Positions 49,041-61,089 of a DNA stretch of 64,000 nt are shown here, in pieces. The position numbers and the translations under genes are program-made. The number at the start of each line of letters is the position of its first letter. Positions within the stretch are counted from its first letter, which is position 1. Source of the stretch: Amphiscolops sp. MND2022 (Eukaryota); contig OZ076413.1 in NCBI GenBank assembly GCA_964187785.1, forward strand, positions 50,904,001 through 50,968,000, read 5' to 3'. Below the pieces are notes generated by a model that saw only the letters and a program-made list of their open reading frames with translations, was not told the DNA's origin and did not search any database.

Positions 49041-52000
49041 GACATCGGGATATCTGACAAAATAATTTTCTTTCTTCTGTATGCTGAACTTTTGATGTTA
49101 TGCTGCGGTGACATTGAACTAAATCCAGGTCCTCAGATGTGCTATGAAAACTTTTTCAAAATATCTGAAAAGTATAAAAACAACTTACGCTTTGTTCATC
49201 TGAACTTTCAAGATGTATCTAAAAAACATATGCAATTGAAGTCTTTTATCAATGACATGGGTAAAAACGCTATTATTGGGATTTCTGAAAGCTGGCTTAC
49301 TCCTAACGATAAAATGTCGTCATGGAATGTAGCTCCGAAAACTCATAAACTTTTCAGATGCGACAGGAGTTCAGCTAACTGTAAGAAGAAGGGCGGAGGA
49401 GTTATGATTTTTGTACCCTTGAGACTAGCTCCCATCGAACGTGATGATTTAAATCTCTTCGATAACTCCACTTTTGATTCGTTATGGGTAGAATGTCGTT
49501 GTAATTTTTCGAAAAACTGCCAGTCTAAAATACTCTTGAATATAACTTACAATCCCTTGAAGAAATACCAAATTGATTTCCTTGAACAATTAATGACAAA
49601 CCTTGATAATGCATCATGTGAATCTATGGAAATAACGCTTATGGGTGACTATAACTTGGATTACCTCACTCCGCTTGAAAAAGAAAATCTTGATACGGTA
49701 GTGTTACCTTATGGGTTTACAGTAGCTTCTCCACGTTTACCAACTCGAGTATGCAAGTCCACAAAAACCCACATTGATTATATACTAGCTGAAAATATTG
49801 ATGATGAGAAAAGTTTTGTTTTTGAAACTCCTTTCAAAACTGATCACTTCTGTTCTGTTTTGTTCACCGAAGTAAGTGCGGGTAAACAAAAGTGCATAAG
49901 ACTACCTAGATTTGACAAGACAAAATACGTAAAGGCTGCTTTTTGCCAAACACTGTCAGATATTCCATGGTGCAAAATCTATCAATGCTCAAGTGCTAAT
50001 GATATGTTCAATATGTTTATCTGCTATCAAGTGCCCTGGAAAAGCATGCTCCTTTCAAAAAAGTTTTCTTGAGGAAAAAAACTCCGAAACTTTTCAAAGA
50101 AACTTGGTTTGACGAGGAATGCAAAAACTTATTACGTGAACGGCAGTTGGCCTTTGAAAAATACTCCAAGAATTCATCATCTGAAAATTGGTCTGCTTAT
50201 AGTAAACTACGATCAAAATTATCGTCCGTTGTGAAAGAAAAACAAGAAAGATTTTCTTGGAATTGTTTTATCTCTCTCAAATCGTCAAAAGACCGCTGGA
50301 ACTTTATAAACAACGTAAGGGGTCAAAATCAATCAGTCAACATTGCAGCTGTAAAAAATTCTTTTGGAGACTTGATTGTCGATGATAAGAAAATTGCTGA
50401 ACACTTCAACTTCATCTTCTCAAATCTTGGCCAATATTTTGGTAGAGAGTATGAGAGTGCTCCTGTATTTAAGGCTGGTGATGAGTCGTTCTGCTTCTGC
50501 CCAATAACAGAAAAAGATTGTTATGATATTTTGAAACAAATAAATCCCCACAAACCAACTGGTCCCTGCAAAGTACCTGCATGGGCAATTATCGACGGTC
50601 AAAAAATCTTAGTCCCTCATCTGACATTCGTTCTAAATGAATGCATCAAGGATTGTGTGTTCCCTTCAATGCTAAAAAGGGCAGTAATAACTCCAATTTT
50701 CAAAAAAGATGACATCTTGGACCCGTTAAATTATCGCCCCATTTCAATAACTACTCCGTTCTCAAAAATACTCGAGAAATGTCTGCACAAACAAATAACT
50801 GCTTACGCAGAGAGTCGTGGGATACTCACACCACTTCAATTTGGTTTTCGATCGAAAGTTTCTGCGCAAGATGCCATTTTGTATTTTATTGAAACAATCC
50901 AACACGAGATCGAAATTGGAAATATAGTACATGCTGTCCTACTTGATCTATCTAAAGCTTTTGACTCACTTTCACATCAAATTCTTCTCAAGAAACTCGA
51001 ATCGTTACATTTTTCACCTTCGGCTACACAAATCGTGGAAAGTTTTTTAACAGGTCGATTGCAACAAGTCTCTGTGAATGGTGTTCTGTCTGAATGGATT
51101 GAATTGAAACAAGGTGTCCCCCAAGGAACAGTCGTAGGACCATTATTTTTCAACCTATATGTGAATGATCTTCCAGAACTTATAAGCAGACCTGCTCATA
51201 TATTACAGTATGCTGACGATTGTTTAGTTTTCTGTAGTGATAAAAAATCTGAGATTGCTCTTGAAATATTGCAAGACAATATATATAAATTAGAAGAATA
51301 CTTTTGTCTGAATAAACTGAATTTAAACGGAAGTAAAACGGAATTCATAACCTTCTCCCTCAAAAATGATAAACGCCTCAACGACTCAGAAACAGTTACT
51401 GTGGGCTCCACCTTAGTAAAGAAGTCAGACCATTGCAAATATTTAGGTGTAACCATTGATAAACACCTCGGGTTCCAAACACAAGTTAAAAAGGTGCTGA
51501 AAAATATGGCAGTTGGTATAAAAACTGTTGAAACTGTCCAGCATAGGTTTCCAACTGGGGTACTTCTTATGCTTTTCCACGCACTTGTGATGAGTCACTT
51601 GGAATATTCCCTATTGTTTTTCTTCAAAATTAGTTCTTCTTTGTTGCTCTCACTAGAGAAACAGTTGAATTGGGCTTTGAAAAGCGTGTTTTTTCGTTCG
51701 AATATCAAGTCATCTCATGAATTGAGAAAAAACAAAGGTATAATCAGTATACGCCACTTGATTATGTTCAAATCCCTGATTTACTTCTTTCAGTACATTA
51801 ATAATCAGAAAAAAGCTTTCCAAAACCAGTTGAAGTTACCTACAGCAACATATCGATGGAATTCCCGTACGAATCAAGTTATCTATGCGGGTAATTTTTC
51901 ATCTGTTTCAACTTCTTCATCATTCTTTCATTGTACTTCACTGAAGTGGAACTCACTACCGCTACATATGCGAGATCCAAGTGTGAGTCTACATGTATTC

Positions 52001-52057
52001 AAAAGTAGATTGAAAATTCATCTGGAAAAGAGTCAAATGCAGTTCCTATTCAAGTAG
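49041..52057 (+). pseudogene. LINE ORF2p: APE endonuclease plus reverse transcriptase (one frameshift near 50020)
   Basis: APE motifs SESWL, YNP, GDYN, IDYI and TDH; RT motifs NYRPIS, QFGFR, DLSKAFD, GVPQG, YADD and KYLGV. Confidence 0.95.
49110..49133 (+). other. 2A-like StopGo peptide DIELNPG|P
   Basis: Exact D[V/I]ExNPGP consensus, preceded by the hydrophobic stretch LLYAELLMLCCG. Confidence 0.88.
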
Positions 52058-52248
52058 CTAGTACCTGGCGTGATTTCCGCTTCAAATAAACCTGTCTGTT
52101 TTTCTTTTAATTGTTGTAAAGTTCGAGAAAACTACTTATGCTTGCATAAGTCATCTACACTTATTGTATGGTAAGCTGTCAGCTATCCCCTTACAATAAT
52201 ATAGTGTTGTCTCTCTCTCTTTTAATTTCAGTTTTAGATGCGTTTGCA

Positions 52249-52654
52249 ATGACCTGTGAAGTTGTCTTTCCGCCGTCGGTTAATTGGAACCTACCCCAAA
52301 TAGCAGATTCCAATGAAGACTTTTTCATTTATGGTGCTAAAAATCGACTGGTTGTTTTGACTATAGAATCAAGTAGCCCAGGCTATTTAAAGTTCGTTAC
52401 ACAATTCGATGCTCACAAGGAAAAAGTTAGCAGCGTTAAATGTCTGAATAGCCTTTCACTCGTTAATAAAGACGTCAAGCAATTGGTTGCGTCTGCCGGA
52501 GACGATGGAATCAGACTCTGGGATTTAAGTTGCAACGAATCACCTGTATTGCACGATTTTCACTCCATCCACCGTGCCAAACCTATCACGCTCTCTTGGA
52601 AAGATCCTGAAGGTGAAAATTCAGAGAACTATCTGGCATCCGGAGATATCAGAG
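52249..52654 (+). CDS. GEMIN5: Gem-associated protein 5, coding exon 1
   Basis: MTCEVVFPPSVNW resembles the Gemin5 N-terminal LPPSPNW; WD40 repeats follow. Upstream acceptor TTTCAG at 52231; donor G|GT, phase 1. Confidence 0.85.
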
Positions 52655-52982
52655 GTTATCATTGATATCTTTTTGAAATAACTTTCCAGACTCAGATTTG
52701 ACATATTAATCTCCTTTATGCAATCAAAAATTAAGATGTCTTTCTGCTCAACGTTGAAGAGTTGACAGATTTTTTAGGAGCAATTTGAAGTCATTTTTAC
52801 TTCGAATAAAATTTTTGTCGTCAGCAAAGCTTGGCGACTGTGTTTTTTGCTGTTTATTCAGCTCTTCTACGTTCATTTATAGTTCAACCAGTCATAACGC
52901 CCGTTTTAACGTGGCGTATGCTGTCGGAGTTGAAACTTCTTATCTCTCGCTTTGGTAGCGCTTGAACTTGACCTTCATAGAG

Positions 52983-53442
52983 AACAAGCCGGGAACGGTC
53001 CAAGTCGGCGTCATATCTAAGGCCCAATAATATTCAAGGAAAAACTCAGCCTATTGTGAAATTTTTCATTTATCACAGTGTCGAAAAATCTCAAAAGGGT
53101 TTTTCCCGAAACTCGAAAACCAGTTTTTTTCTGCACTGGAAACATCAGAAAAAACTAATTTGCCTTTTAGAAAAATTTAAAATTTAAGAATAAAATTAAA
53201 GTAAAAAAATAATGCCGAACAACCCAGAAAGAGACCCTTTAGGCTCATTAAACGTTTTTACAAACCGACAACTTCAAAAAAATCAAGGGGGTACCCTTTG
53301 ATAGAATCCAAAAATTTTCGGAAAAAAGTCACATAGTGCCAAAAAAACCCAAAGGGGGGACCCTTTGGTCTACCCTCTACTTTTGGAAACATTAAAAAAC
53401 TTGTGGTTTAGTGCGAAACTCGAACCCACGCTCGCCTGTTTC
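52983..53442 (-). mobile_element. HINE-like repeat in GEMIN5 intron 1, with a tRNA-like segment
   Basis: AACAAGCCGGGAACGGTCCAAGTCGGCG terminus and internal AAAGGGGGGACCCTTT units; the minus strand has GGGTTCGAGT..CGCACTAAACCA at 53404-53430. Confidence 0.7.
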
Positions 53443-54293
53443 TAAAAGTCTAAACATTAGTTGTGTAATCGAAGCTCGTGGTATGTAGTTCGAAGCATGG
53501 GAACCTAGTGTGGACAATTCTGGAAAAAAAATTAATGTGTAAAGATGCGGAGAATGATTTCTATCGTACTCTGATTGCTTCTACCGCCTGATGCAAAAAA
53601 TCACTCGTTAAAATTCTTAGTAGTTTATATTTTCCGTGAACAGCGGAGCCAATTAAAAACTACATTCCACTCATGCTAAGACGAGTTGTCTGAGACGAAT
53701 TTTTTTCTGGTTTTCGACATTTACGCGGTTTCATCTAGCCGCAACATTTGTGTGAATTCTGCTAGTTACCAAACATTTTGAAATTCTTTGAACTTAAGTT
53801 CTTTGAAACTTCAATGTTCTAGAAAAGTGTTTCATGACTCTGGCCTTCAGTTCCTGTGAAATTTTGCTAAATTTCGAGTGAAAAAAGTTCTCATGGTCGA
53901 ACGCAGAAGCATTTTCGTATCTAGTTTATATGTATCAAGATACACTGGATTCGAGATAATCTGCATAATCCATAAAATCTATCTTCATTACGGGACGATT
54001 TCTTAATTACAGTACTGTATAATCTTAGTCAGTTTATTGTCTTCGGTCTTGAGTACCAGCAGTATTTTTAAAATTCAAGTATCAATTTTTATGCTTATAT
54101 AATCCGCTTGGATGCTTTCAGTGAAAGGGTATAGTTTCTGGATAGGCTCGTCTTTCTGAAAATTCTAGCCTTATTTTTAGTTGAAACTCCCGTATGCCAG
54201 TATGATTACTTTGCTTTAACTATTGAGCAATGTGTTAAACTATAATCGCCAAATGTTTGCTTTTGTAGTTACCTCACTGACTATTTTATCATT

Positions 54294-54645
54294 GGTTCTA
54301 GGACAATACGCCCAAAGACATTACGCCCAAGGACATTACGCCCAAGGAAATTACGCCCAAACGGAAATTACGCCCAAGGAAATTAAGCTATTCAAAGCGA
54401 ATAGCAGCGATTTTTTCAGGTTGTTATTTGAAGAGGCTTAAATATTTGTTGTATGGCTCGGTCGCTTCGCTCCCTTCGCCAAGTAGCAACATTGAGGCAT
54501 GGCCATATGGCACGTCGCTCCGCTTCGCTTCGCTCCTGCATTTAGGGCACTAGGGGTATGTGTGGCATAGCTGATTACATTATCGTAATTTACTTGTGCG
54601 TAATGTCCTTGGGCGTAATGTCTTTGGGCGTAATGTCCGGACACC
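54294..54645 (-). mobile_element. Mutator-like MITE, core 1, CATTACGCCCAAGGA arms, in GEMIN5 intron 1
   Basis: TIR GGTTCTAGGACAATACGCCCAA / TTGGGCGTAATGTCCGGACACC, perfect 9-bp TSD TTTATCATT, core about 54441-54591. Confidence 0.93.
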
Positions 54646-54665
54646 TTTATCATTCATTCTTTCAG

Positions 54666-54903
54666 GCATCGTCATTCTCTACTCTGTAAACAACCGGAAT
54701 TACCTATCGAAATCTTTCGAAAATGAATCTGTGACCTGTCTTGAGTTCGCCCCTGTGTGCCAGAATCGACATATTCTTGCTGTGGCTTACAAGAATGGAG
54801 TGATAGCGATTGTGAACACTGAGTTTGTCAAGTTGGAGCTTCTGACCAAAGTGAGATCAACCGATGAGAAAATAGAAAACATCTCATGGTGCCCATTTGT
54901 CAA
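54666..54903 (+). CDS. GEMIN5: Gem-associated protein 5, coding exon 2
   Basis: TTTCAG acceptor and GTGAGT donor with compatible phases; VTCLEFAP..LAVAYKNG...ISWCP. Confidence 0.87.
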
Positions 54904-55070
54904 GTGAGTCGTTCGAAATTTTGAGTGCTAATTTTTCATTCCTTAGTCTTCCTTTCACGGCTTCCGAGGCACTAACCTGAATAAATTTTCCTAAATCTAT
55001 TAGTTATTTCAAATGCTCAAATTAGCTCTAGCTTTCGCAAAGCAATAAAATTTTTTCCTAATACCAAGTT

Positions 55071-55551
55071 TAACAAGGCGTGAACGGCTCAAGTCGGCGC
55101 CCCGCTCGAGGTTCAAAAAGAATAGTGTTTGAAATATTGTGAAACTCAATTATCATACTCTGCCGAAAAAATACCCGAAAGCATACCCTTGATACTCTAT
55201 AAAGCAGCTTTTTTTCTGAACTGGGAATATCAGAAAAATCCAAATTTTTGAAAACTTTGTTTCCGAAAAATCTTTCAAAAAATGTCGCATAGTACCCCAA
55301 AAGACCTTTAATTCTCGCTAAACGCTTTTTCCAAATCGAAAACTTCAAAATAACTAAAGGAAATTTTTAATGAATTTTTAAAATTTTCGAAAAAAATCTG
55401 AGCGTCGAAAAAACCCTAGACTATTGCTTCCTTCCAGCCGGTGTTGTTTGGTTAAATTTCTAAGATTTATAAAAGTGAACGTTTTAGGATGACTGGAAAA
55501 ACTTGCCACTGTAAGAGTCTTGTACTTTTTACTAAAAAGCGCTGATTAAAA
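55071..55551 (-). mobile_element. HINE-like repeat in GEMIN5 intron 2
   Basis: AACAAGGCGTGAACGGCTCAAGTCGGCGCC at one end and a degenerate GCGCTGATTAAAA at the other. Confidence 0.7.
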
Positions 55552-55800
55552 TGAAATACAAAAAGTTTGCAATTGGCAACCCTTTTCGAAGACATTGTCA
55601 TCTGGAGGGGTCGAAAGTTTCTTTTTTGAAAAGGTATGAACTTCCCAGAAAATAATGAACATAATTTGATTAATTCATTTTAATGCTGCTAAACACGCCG
55701 CATATTTTTTTGATAACTCGTTATTACAAAATTCCGTCTCCGAGTAATGACTTAATTCTTCAACTTCGAGCTATTTGGTTCAACTTCATTGTTGCTTCAG

Positions 55801-56527
55801 TTCAGCGGATTTAGCGTCAAACTGGGTTCCCAATCTTTTGGCCACGTCTGCAACAACTTCTCGAGCAGTTCGCTTTTTCCACGTCAATGTGTCTGGCAGT
55901 AGTGCCAGAGCTCGCGACAACGACACTAAATTCCTGTTCTGCAAGCGCTTGCCTGTAAAAGTCCCCGGAGGTAAAAGTGCTAAAGGATTCGATGCCAAGA
56001 ACGCTGCTAAATCGTACTTCTTCGCTTATTGGGCAAAGAAGGACCTCATTATACTCGGATCACTCAATGGTGAACTTGTGCGCGGTGATGTTTCTTTTGA
56101 CCCCATCAGCGATGAAACAGTTGGCAAGAATGAGAATCCCAATGAATCCTCACGCAGAGTGTCGGTTAATTGGGAGGTTGCCGGTGGCGACTCGTCCGTA
56201 GGTCATTCGAGAGTGATTCAATCGATAACTCTGTTTCGAAACCAAATCATAACTCAATCTGTTGATCGATATTTGTGTTTGTGGAATTTCCCCAACCTCA
56301 AAAACGTTTTTACCATCTCGACATTCGGGGGCTCCATTTTTGGCATCGATATTTCTCCTGTTAGCAAGAGTTGGGTTGCTATTGCATCTGGAGGAGGATT
56401 CCTCTATGTTTGGAACTGTGGACTAGCTGAGTCAAGCCTAACCTCTAATCAATTGACGGGAGTGTCAGCTGAGAAACACGACGACAGATTCCGCATGCAG
56501 CATGTCTGGCAGGGTGGCAAGGTCAAA
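55801..56527 (+). CDS. GEMIN5: Gem-associated protein 5, coding exon 3
   Basis: CTTCAG acceptor and GTGAGT donor; HSRVI, SVDR, TFGG.IFGIDISP, WQG..VK. Confidence 0.88.
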
Positions 56528-56929
56528 GTGAGTACATCATCTTCATTTTCCTGATTCTTTTCTCTGTTTTTGTAATTTGCTGATGTTTTACATAACATTG
56601 TCTCACTTCATAGTTGTCACATTTTGTCGAGTTTCTGTCTCTCAGCAAATGGGCTTCACTTTCTTGACGTTTTTTGCCAAGAAATGACATTTTTGGGCCT
56701 GAATTTTTAAATCCAATTTTCGCATTGATAGTCCAATGGAGCTTCAGTTCTTCCAAATCTTTTGATTTCATTAGACTGATTCCAGTTGAAGTCCAACTGT
56801 TGTGTTGTTTCTTCGACAGTCATTTGTCATTTTTCATCGATTTCGCCCAGTTGCAAGACTGGCGTATCGAAATGTGTTTTTTTACTGTGTCTTCAATAAC
56901 CGAATGAAGTGATAAACTTTTGTTCTCAG

Positions 56930-57160
56930 GTCAATGTGGTATGTTTTCACCCCAAACGGGAAGGATTGCTGGCTTTTGGCACTGAAGATGGCAAGGTAGC
57001 GGTTTTCGACGTGTGTAGCAACAAGTCTGCCATCACTTCAGTCACATTCCACACTAGAACGGTTTACTCCTTGAGTTGGGGACCCGAACCTCCAGAACAC
57101 AGTACAATTAATGAAGGGGAAATTGGGCAGACCCAACCAGAAATTGAGATCAATGCAAAG
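56930..57160 (+). CDS. GEMIN5: Gem-associated protein 5, coding exon 4
   Basis: FHPKREGLLAFGTEDGKV and HTRTVYSLSWGP match the Gemin5 signature WHPTKEG.LAFGTDDGKV / HKKTVYTLAWGP. Confidence 0.92.
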
Positions 57161-57270
57161 GTAATGACTCCTCTGAAAGTAGCATCAATTAATTCAGGAG
57201 CATTAAGTTCACTAGTGTCGTGTCGCTTAATTTACCATACAATTTGTTATAGTTCGTGAGATCAAGTCCA

Positions 57271-57683
57271 GGCTCTTTTCTGTTTTCCCCCTACCACCAA
57301 AATTTTTGAAAATATCTTTCCTTAAAAACTATAGACTAGCCTAATTAAAAGTAAAACCTTCTTTCATAACAGGAAGTTAACTTCTATTAGAGTAGTTTTC
57401 CGCTTGAACAAAGCATTGTTCACACATTTGGACTATGATTATGTTCGTATTAAGTGTTTATTGATGACTCAAAACAGGAAGCTGTTGATTTTTTTCATCA
57501 AAAAAGCGTGACTGCATACGGAAAAAGAGTGAACAAAGTTTGTATTTGAATCCTAAACGATCACCCTGAAAATAAAGTTAAAACCGAAGCTTTCTGGTTG
57601 TATTCAAGTCTATTTGTTACAAGATTTTCACTGATTTCCGAAAAAAAATTTTGGTGGTGGGGGGTATGGGACAGAAAAGAGCC
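57271..57683. mobile_element. MITE with GG..CC termini and an 8-bp TSD (Merlin-like) in GEMIN5 intron 4
   Basis: TIR GGCTCTTTTCTGT...CCACCAAAATTTT; TSD CAAGTCCA/CAAGACCA (7/8). Superfamily inferred from termini and TSD length only. Confidence 0.8.
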
Positions 57684-57766
57684 CAAGACCATTATGGCAT
57701 AATCAACTTTGGCTGTTTTTTTTGGGAAACTCAACTTTATTTATAATCAGCGCAAAATTGTTTCAG

Positions 57767-59301
57767 AACAGCGGCAAACATTTCCTGTACAGCTGTGGAG
57801 GCGAGGGGGTTATCTATATACACAACCCTTCGAACATGAGTGTGAATGCGGTCAACCTGAACGACAGACTTGCTCGCACTGATGGGGGCAAGACTATGGC
57901 TACCGATGAGAACCGAAGTGTCATACAATGGCACGCTTCAATGTCACTTCTAGCTGTTGGAAACTTGAACGGTACCATTGACATATACAACCGCATGTTG
58001 CAGTTGACATGTGTTGTGGAATTGCATGGAAAAACCATCTATCATGTGGCTTGGCAACCCTGGGAACAGACTTCTGATGACGATGTCGCTGAAACTAGAG
58101 AATATATGTTGGCTGTTTCCTGCAAAAGCGAAAATATTGTCAGAGTTGTTTCCGTACCTGCTCAATTAGCTGGCAGTGTTTCATCTGCTTCAGAAGTTAC
58201 ATCATCAGTTTCGTCAACTTCGGACGTTACGTCAGTGAAAACTATTTCGGAATTGACGTGTGAGTTGATAGGGCATAAGAAAAAATTGGGCCAAGTTTCA
58301 TGGTCTGTTCACAACAGAAACCATCTTCTGTCGACTTCGAATGATGGCACTGTCCAAATATGGTCACTGGAGAATAAAAATGACCCTAAACCAGTGTGCA
58401 ACTACCCACAATCTAAAGAGGCGTCAGCAACAAGTGCCAAGTTTTCTCTCAACGACCCAGACTTGGTCTTTTCAAGCGGAACAGATTTCATGATGCATTG
58501 CTGGCGCCCGTCCAAGCAAATCAGCGTAAGCCCACCGACAACTAGTACTGGTTCATTGTTGCAACAATCGCTGGAGCAGAATGGGCCAGAGATGCTACAA
58601 ACAACTGATGCTATGCCCAGTAGCTCCATGTGCCATGTGGTCAATGGGTCCGGCGATGCAGAGGCGTTTCAAGAAACAAAGGTATTTCAGAGCGGCAATT
58701 ACATTGCTTCAGATTTCGAGAATATCAGAGGAACTGCAATTGTGAGGCCAAAACAGGATTCCTCTGCGGTACCTGATGCTAACAGAGACGTCAATAAATA
58801 CAGGAAGAAAAAAGCCAAGACCATGTTGAAGATTTCGAGTACTTCTCGAAGGATTGGGTCCTCGGTGGAAGATACTCGAAGACTATTTGAATTTTTGACG
58901 GGCGATTATGAACTTAAAAAAGAATTGATTAACGCAGCTGCCGATACCCCTGAGCACGGACTTATGTATAGTGGGATATTTTGTGGAAATTTGGCCAGTT
59001 TTTCAACAGTACAGCACGAAATTTGCGCCAGTAAAACTGAAGGCGACTTGGAGAATGTAACTGATCTCTTGTTGGCAATGGGCAATGTTGAAGAGGCAAT
59101 AGATTTTGGAATTGCGAATGGCTGCTTGAGAGATAAACACGCGGCTGCGTCATTTTTGGGAGGATTCAATCTGTGGCGCAAGTGTGTAGATGGGTTGCAC
59201 AAACAACATTTGGAGGCTGGCAACATCAATGATGCTGCCAATTACTTACTCATGCTCAACAGGGTTTATGATGCTATGAAACTCTACCAGGAACATGGAA
59301 A
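57767..59301 (+). CDS. GEMIN5: Gem-associated protein 5, coding exon 5
   Basis: LYSCGGEG.I..HNP, further WD40 repeats, and the TPR-like AANYLLMLNRVYDAMKL; TTTCAG/GTAAGC boundaries. Confidence 0.92.
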
Positions 59302-59597
59302 GTAAGCCTTGTTACCATTTTCATCTGAGAAAAATATTGTAACTTTTTTCTGATTGGTAATACGTGTTTGAAAAAAATATCAAAAAAGGTCAAGCAGAAG
59401 AAGCTGGCATTTTTTAGTTAATCGAGCGTTTCTAATATCTTCCAGATGAGTTTTCGTTTAAAAATAGAGGTCTACTAAAAAAGTAATCAATAGCTGACTC
59501 ATGTTACTTTCGGAAAATATGATATCAAGGGTGGCTCGTGGAAGGGCTATCTAACTGATATTTTTCTTGAACCCATGACGTTTTTGTGTTTTTTCAG

Positions 59598-60483
59598 ACA
59601 CCGGGAAGCCCTGGCACTTGGAGCCATGCGCCTACCTCCCACAGACGAATTTTTGAAGAAGGCCTACCTAACATACGCATCCCTCAACGAAAATAATGCG
59701 TGTGAAGTATCTGCCCAAGGATACCTTGCTGCCTGGGATTTCTTGTCAGCTGCGAGAACTCTTTCTACCCGCAACAACCTGGCCGCCAATTTGTTAGCGC
59801 TTGATATTCTCTTGACTGAACACACACGTGGCAACGTGCCCCATGAGAGTATTCAATATTTGTCGACGTTCTGTGTTGTTCGTCAACTTTGTCAGATGGA
59901 TATTGCGCAATCGAAAGAAACAGCGTCGAAATGTGGCCCCAGTGCTGAGTTCGACACTTTGATTCTTAGTTTTGAACTTCTTCTTTCATCTATTGAAAAA
60001 GTCTTCGGAATTGACCTCATTGAAGAGTTCAAGAAAAGTGTCAGTGGTGACAAGGATAATGCCCCTGAAACGTTTCGTCCGCAAGAGCAAATTGCAAAGA
60101 TATCTGCTGATCAGTTTGAATCACGGAACGCTAATTTTGTACTGCACTATCTGAATCGATTTAAAATCGAGCTGGACTCGAACTTGAAAATTATCAACAT
60201 ATCAATCGTAGAGAAGCTGGAAAATTTCCTCTTGACTTCCCGAATTCCTCAAAATCTGGCAATTGGAAAAGATCTCCTCCATTTCTGTTTGAAAGTATTG
60301 ACATTCTTCTCTCAAAACCCTGCTAAAGGTGTCGAAACCAATGGATCTTCGATAGAGGATCAAGATGAAAACTCAGGGGCAACTGAACATGACTCATCGC
60401 GCGAATTTGATAAAATAACAGTTTGGGTTTGTGAGAAGCTGAAACCGGTGCTGGTCGCCGCCGATGCCAATGGGGTTATCTGA
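59598..60483 (+). CDS. GEMIN5: Gem-associated protein 5, last coding exon
   Basis: HREALALGAMRLPPTD resembles YREAIAIAKARLRPED. The six exons sum to 4023 nt, or 1340 aa plus stop. Confidence 0.87.
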
Positions 60484-61089
60484 ACGATTGACTGATTTCT
60501 GATACTGATAGTTTTTCTGTTTTGTTTTCATGGTCACAATTGCGAAATCCGTTAATTTAATTTTATTTTACTTCTATTTTTACAAGGCCTGTGACGGATC
60601 GTGTCATCGAATTTTGACCCTATTTTTGTTAAAACTGGATGTTTAACTTCTCAGTATTGTTGCTCTAGTCATTTTGCCGGTACCTATCGCTGGTACTATA
60701 AGAGATGAAAAATTGCTTGGATATTTAAGAAAGGAATCCACGCTTTTTCAAAAAAAATCGACAAGATATATCAATAAAAAACAGTAATGTTGCTTTTGTA
60801 AACCGTATTAAATTTGATGAAGCAATATCGACAGTTTTAGTGCAAAAATTAGTCCGCTGTTTTATGGAAGAATACCACAATATGACCATAATAGTAATGA
60901 CTCGCTGGAAAAGAAGCCTAGGTTTCAAAATGAATGTTCGACGATTAACCAAAGCTATTGAATATCCTAATTAAATGTGCCTTGCGTCATCGAATGAAGT
61001 CATAGTGTTATTTGCTTTGAATAATTGAGTAAAATTCTGAAACGGCATAGATGAATAAACGCATCAACCGACGTTTTCGATATTAACAG

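Larger units (their letters stand above)
48216..52210 (+). mobile_element. Near full-length CR1/L2-group LINE
   Basis: ORF1, 2A, APE and RT are all present, with one frameshift near 50020. Flanked by (CT)5 at 48206-48215 and 52211-52220. Confidence 0.93.

Noticed and set aside
54301..54380. 15-bp periodic repeats resembling a CRISPR array or a HYAQG repeat protein
   Set aside because: There are no spacers; this is the subterminal array of a MITE bounded by a 9-bp TSD in a eukaryotic intron.
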